A stretch of 64,000 nucleotides of DNA from NCBI GenBank assembly GCA_050575255.1, contig JBNZDD010013618.1:2107662-2171661 (forward strand), written 5' to 3'. The translations under genes and the position numbers were made by a program. Position 1 is the stretch's first letter. The number at the start of each line of letters is the position of its first letter. The notes beneath the pieces were generated by a model, which had not been told where the DNA came from, searched no databases, and was given only the letters and a program-made list of their open reading frames with translations. This DNA is from Harriotta raleighana. Taxonomy: Eukaryota. Of this stretch, positions 62,913 through 64,000 are shown piece by piece.

Positions 62913-63438
62913 TTTAATTGCATGGAACAGAGGTTCATCTAGAATATATTTTAAGCCAGGATGTTGATAATATTTGTCTACATTGAATTTCTGAATATGT
63001 CTTTATTTTTATAGTACTGAGTATACATGCTTTCCACAACAGCAGCACATTTTTACTGATACGTACTGTAGGCTGATAGCACAATTTGATCTGGAGAAAT
63101 ATAACCACTGTGAACTGTTTTCCAAGTGTAACTGATGTAGTTGCTGATAAGGCAGTCTGGGGTAAGAGTGTGAATGAGAGGTTCCAAAGTTGAAAGTTCT
63201 TAACTTTCATCCTTATGGCAACTCGTTGTGTTAGTGCCATCTATAGGTCGAAATCCGTATTGCTATACAATTCAGCTTTGTGTTGGAAGTTCATTAACTT
63301 CAGATGATTCCAGAGGCATGATCAACTCTTCACAATATAACACCTATTGCTATCATGTTCCTTATATTGGGTTGGGGGCTCCTTACGTTTCCAGTACACG
63401 CTTGCCCCTTGTTTACAATGAGTAAACCTACTACACTT

Positions 63439-64000
63439 AACAACAACATTTGTATAGTGCCTTTCACGTTTAGAGGCTGTCCCAAGGCACTGGCCAGACA
63501 GTATTCTGGATTTGAGCTGGTGAGGGCAGCGGGGAAGGGGGTTGATCAAAAGCACAGTCAAAGAGGAGGGCCTTGAGCTGGGTCTTGAAGGAGACAAGAA
63601 ATGGGGTGAGGCGGAGGGTCTGTGGAATGGAATTCCAGATGGTGGGGGCAGTGTGGTTTAATGTCCGACCTCTAAAGGTGGGGCTGGCTGGTGAGGCAGG
63701 GGATGTGAAGCAAGCCAGAGCTCGCTGAGTGGAGGGAGTGGGCAGGTTGATAATGGGTTAGGAGGTCAACAACAACAATAACTTGGGTTTATATAGCGCC
63801 CTCCACGCCAGACCGCTTCTTAGGTAGGGGAGAAGCTAGGCCACGGGGTCTTTGAAGGTACCAAGATCTTGAACCGCATTCTTTGTGGAGACAAGCGAGG
63901 GAGGGGATGATATGTTCAGGGAGCCTAGTGCATGGGAGGACACAGGCTACAGAGTTCTAGATGATCTGCAGGCTGTGGAGGGAAGAGTTGGGGAGGCCAA
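63439..64000 (-). mobile_element. L2 3' region with a second L2 tail nested at about 63768-63815; runs off the window
   Basis: aacaacaacatttgtatagtgcctttcacg tail; ggaattccaga...gatcttgaa body; second caacaacaacaataacttgggtttatatagcgccctcca. Confidence 0.75.

Noticed and set aside
58875-64000. BACH2 CNC-bZIP exons
   Set aside because: No VKLPF or RNDFQ-like peptide seen in the ORF track or by eye; they probably lie downstream of the window.

Overview
Vertebrate genomic DNA, not prokaryotic. The repeat content (CR1 and L2 LINEs, DeuSINE-like and tRNA-headed SINEs, Tigger-like MITEs) and the protein divergence suggest a cartilaginous fish, possibly a chimaera such as Callorhinchus (inference). 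The window holds two + strand coding exons of BACH2 (BTB-bZIP CNC repressor): 36459-36713 (12 nt UTR, ATG at 36471) and 57330-58874. Together they encode 596 aa and are joined by a phase-0 GT-AG intron of about 20.6 kb. I did not find the bZIP exons, so they probably lie beyond 64000. The rest is intron or 5' flank dense in decayed transposons, and the other ORFs in the track are chance ORFs or LINE remnants. I see no convincing new multi-gene system. The best leads are: turnover of heme-binding Cys-Pro motifs in this BACH2; a perfect CNC-Maf site overlapping GATA within the locus (possible autoregulation); a candidate alternative promoter/first exon; a pre-miRNA-sized hairpin; an unnamed palindromic repeat family; a CpG-rich minisatellite carried by a MITE; and several well-preserved insertion/repair scars. 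Repeat family names come from recalled consensus sequences and need Dfam/Repbase confirmation. Boundaries of degraded repeats are approximate.
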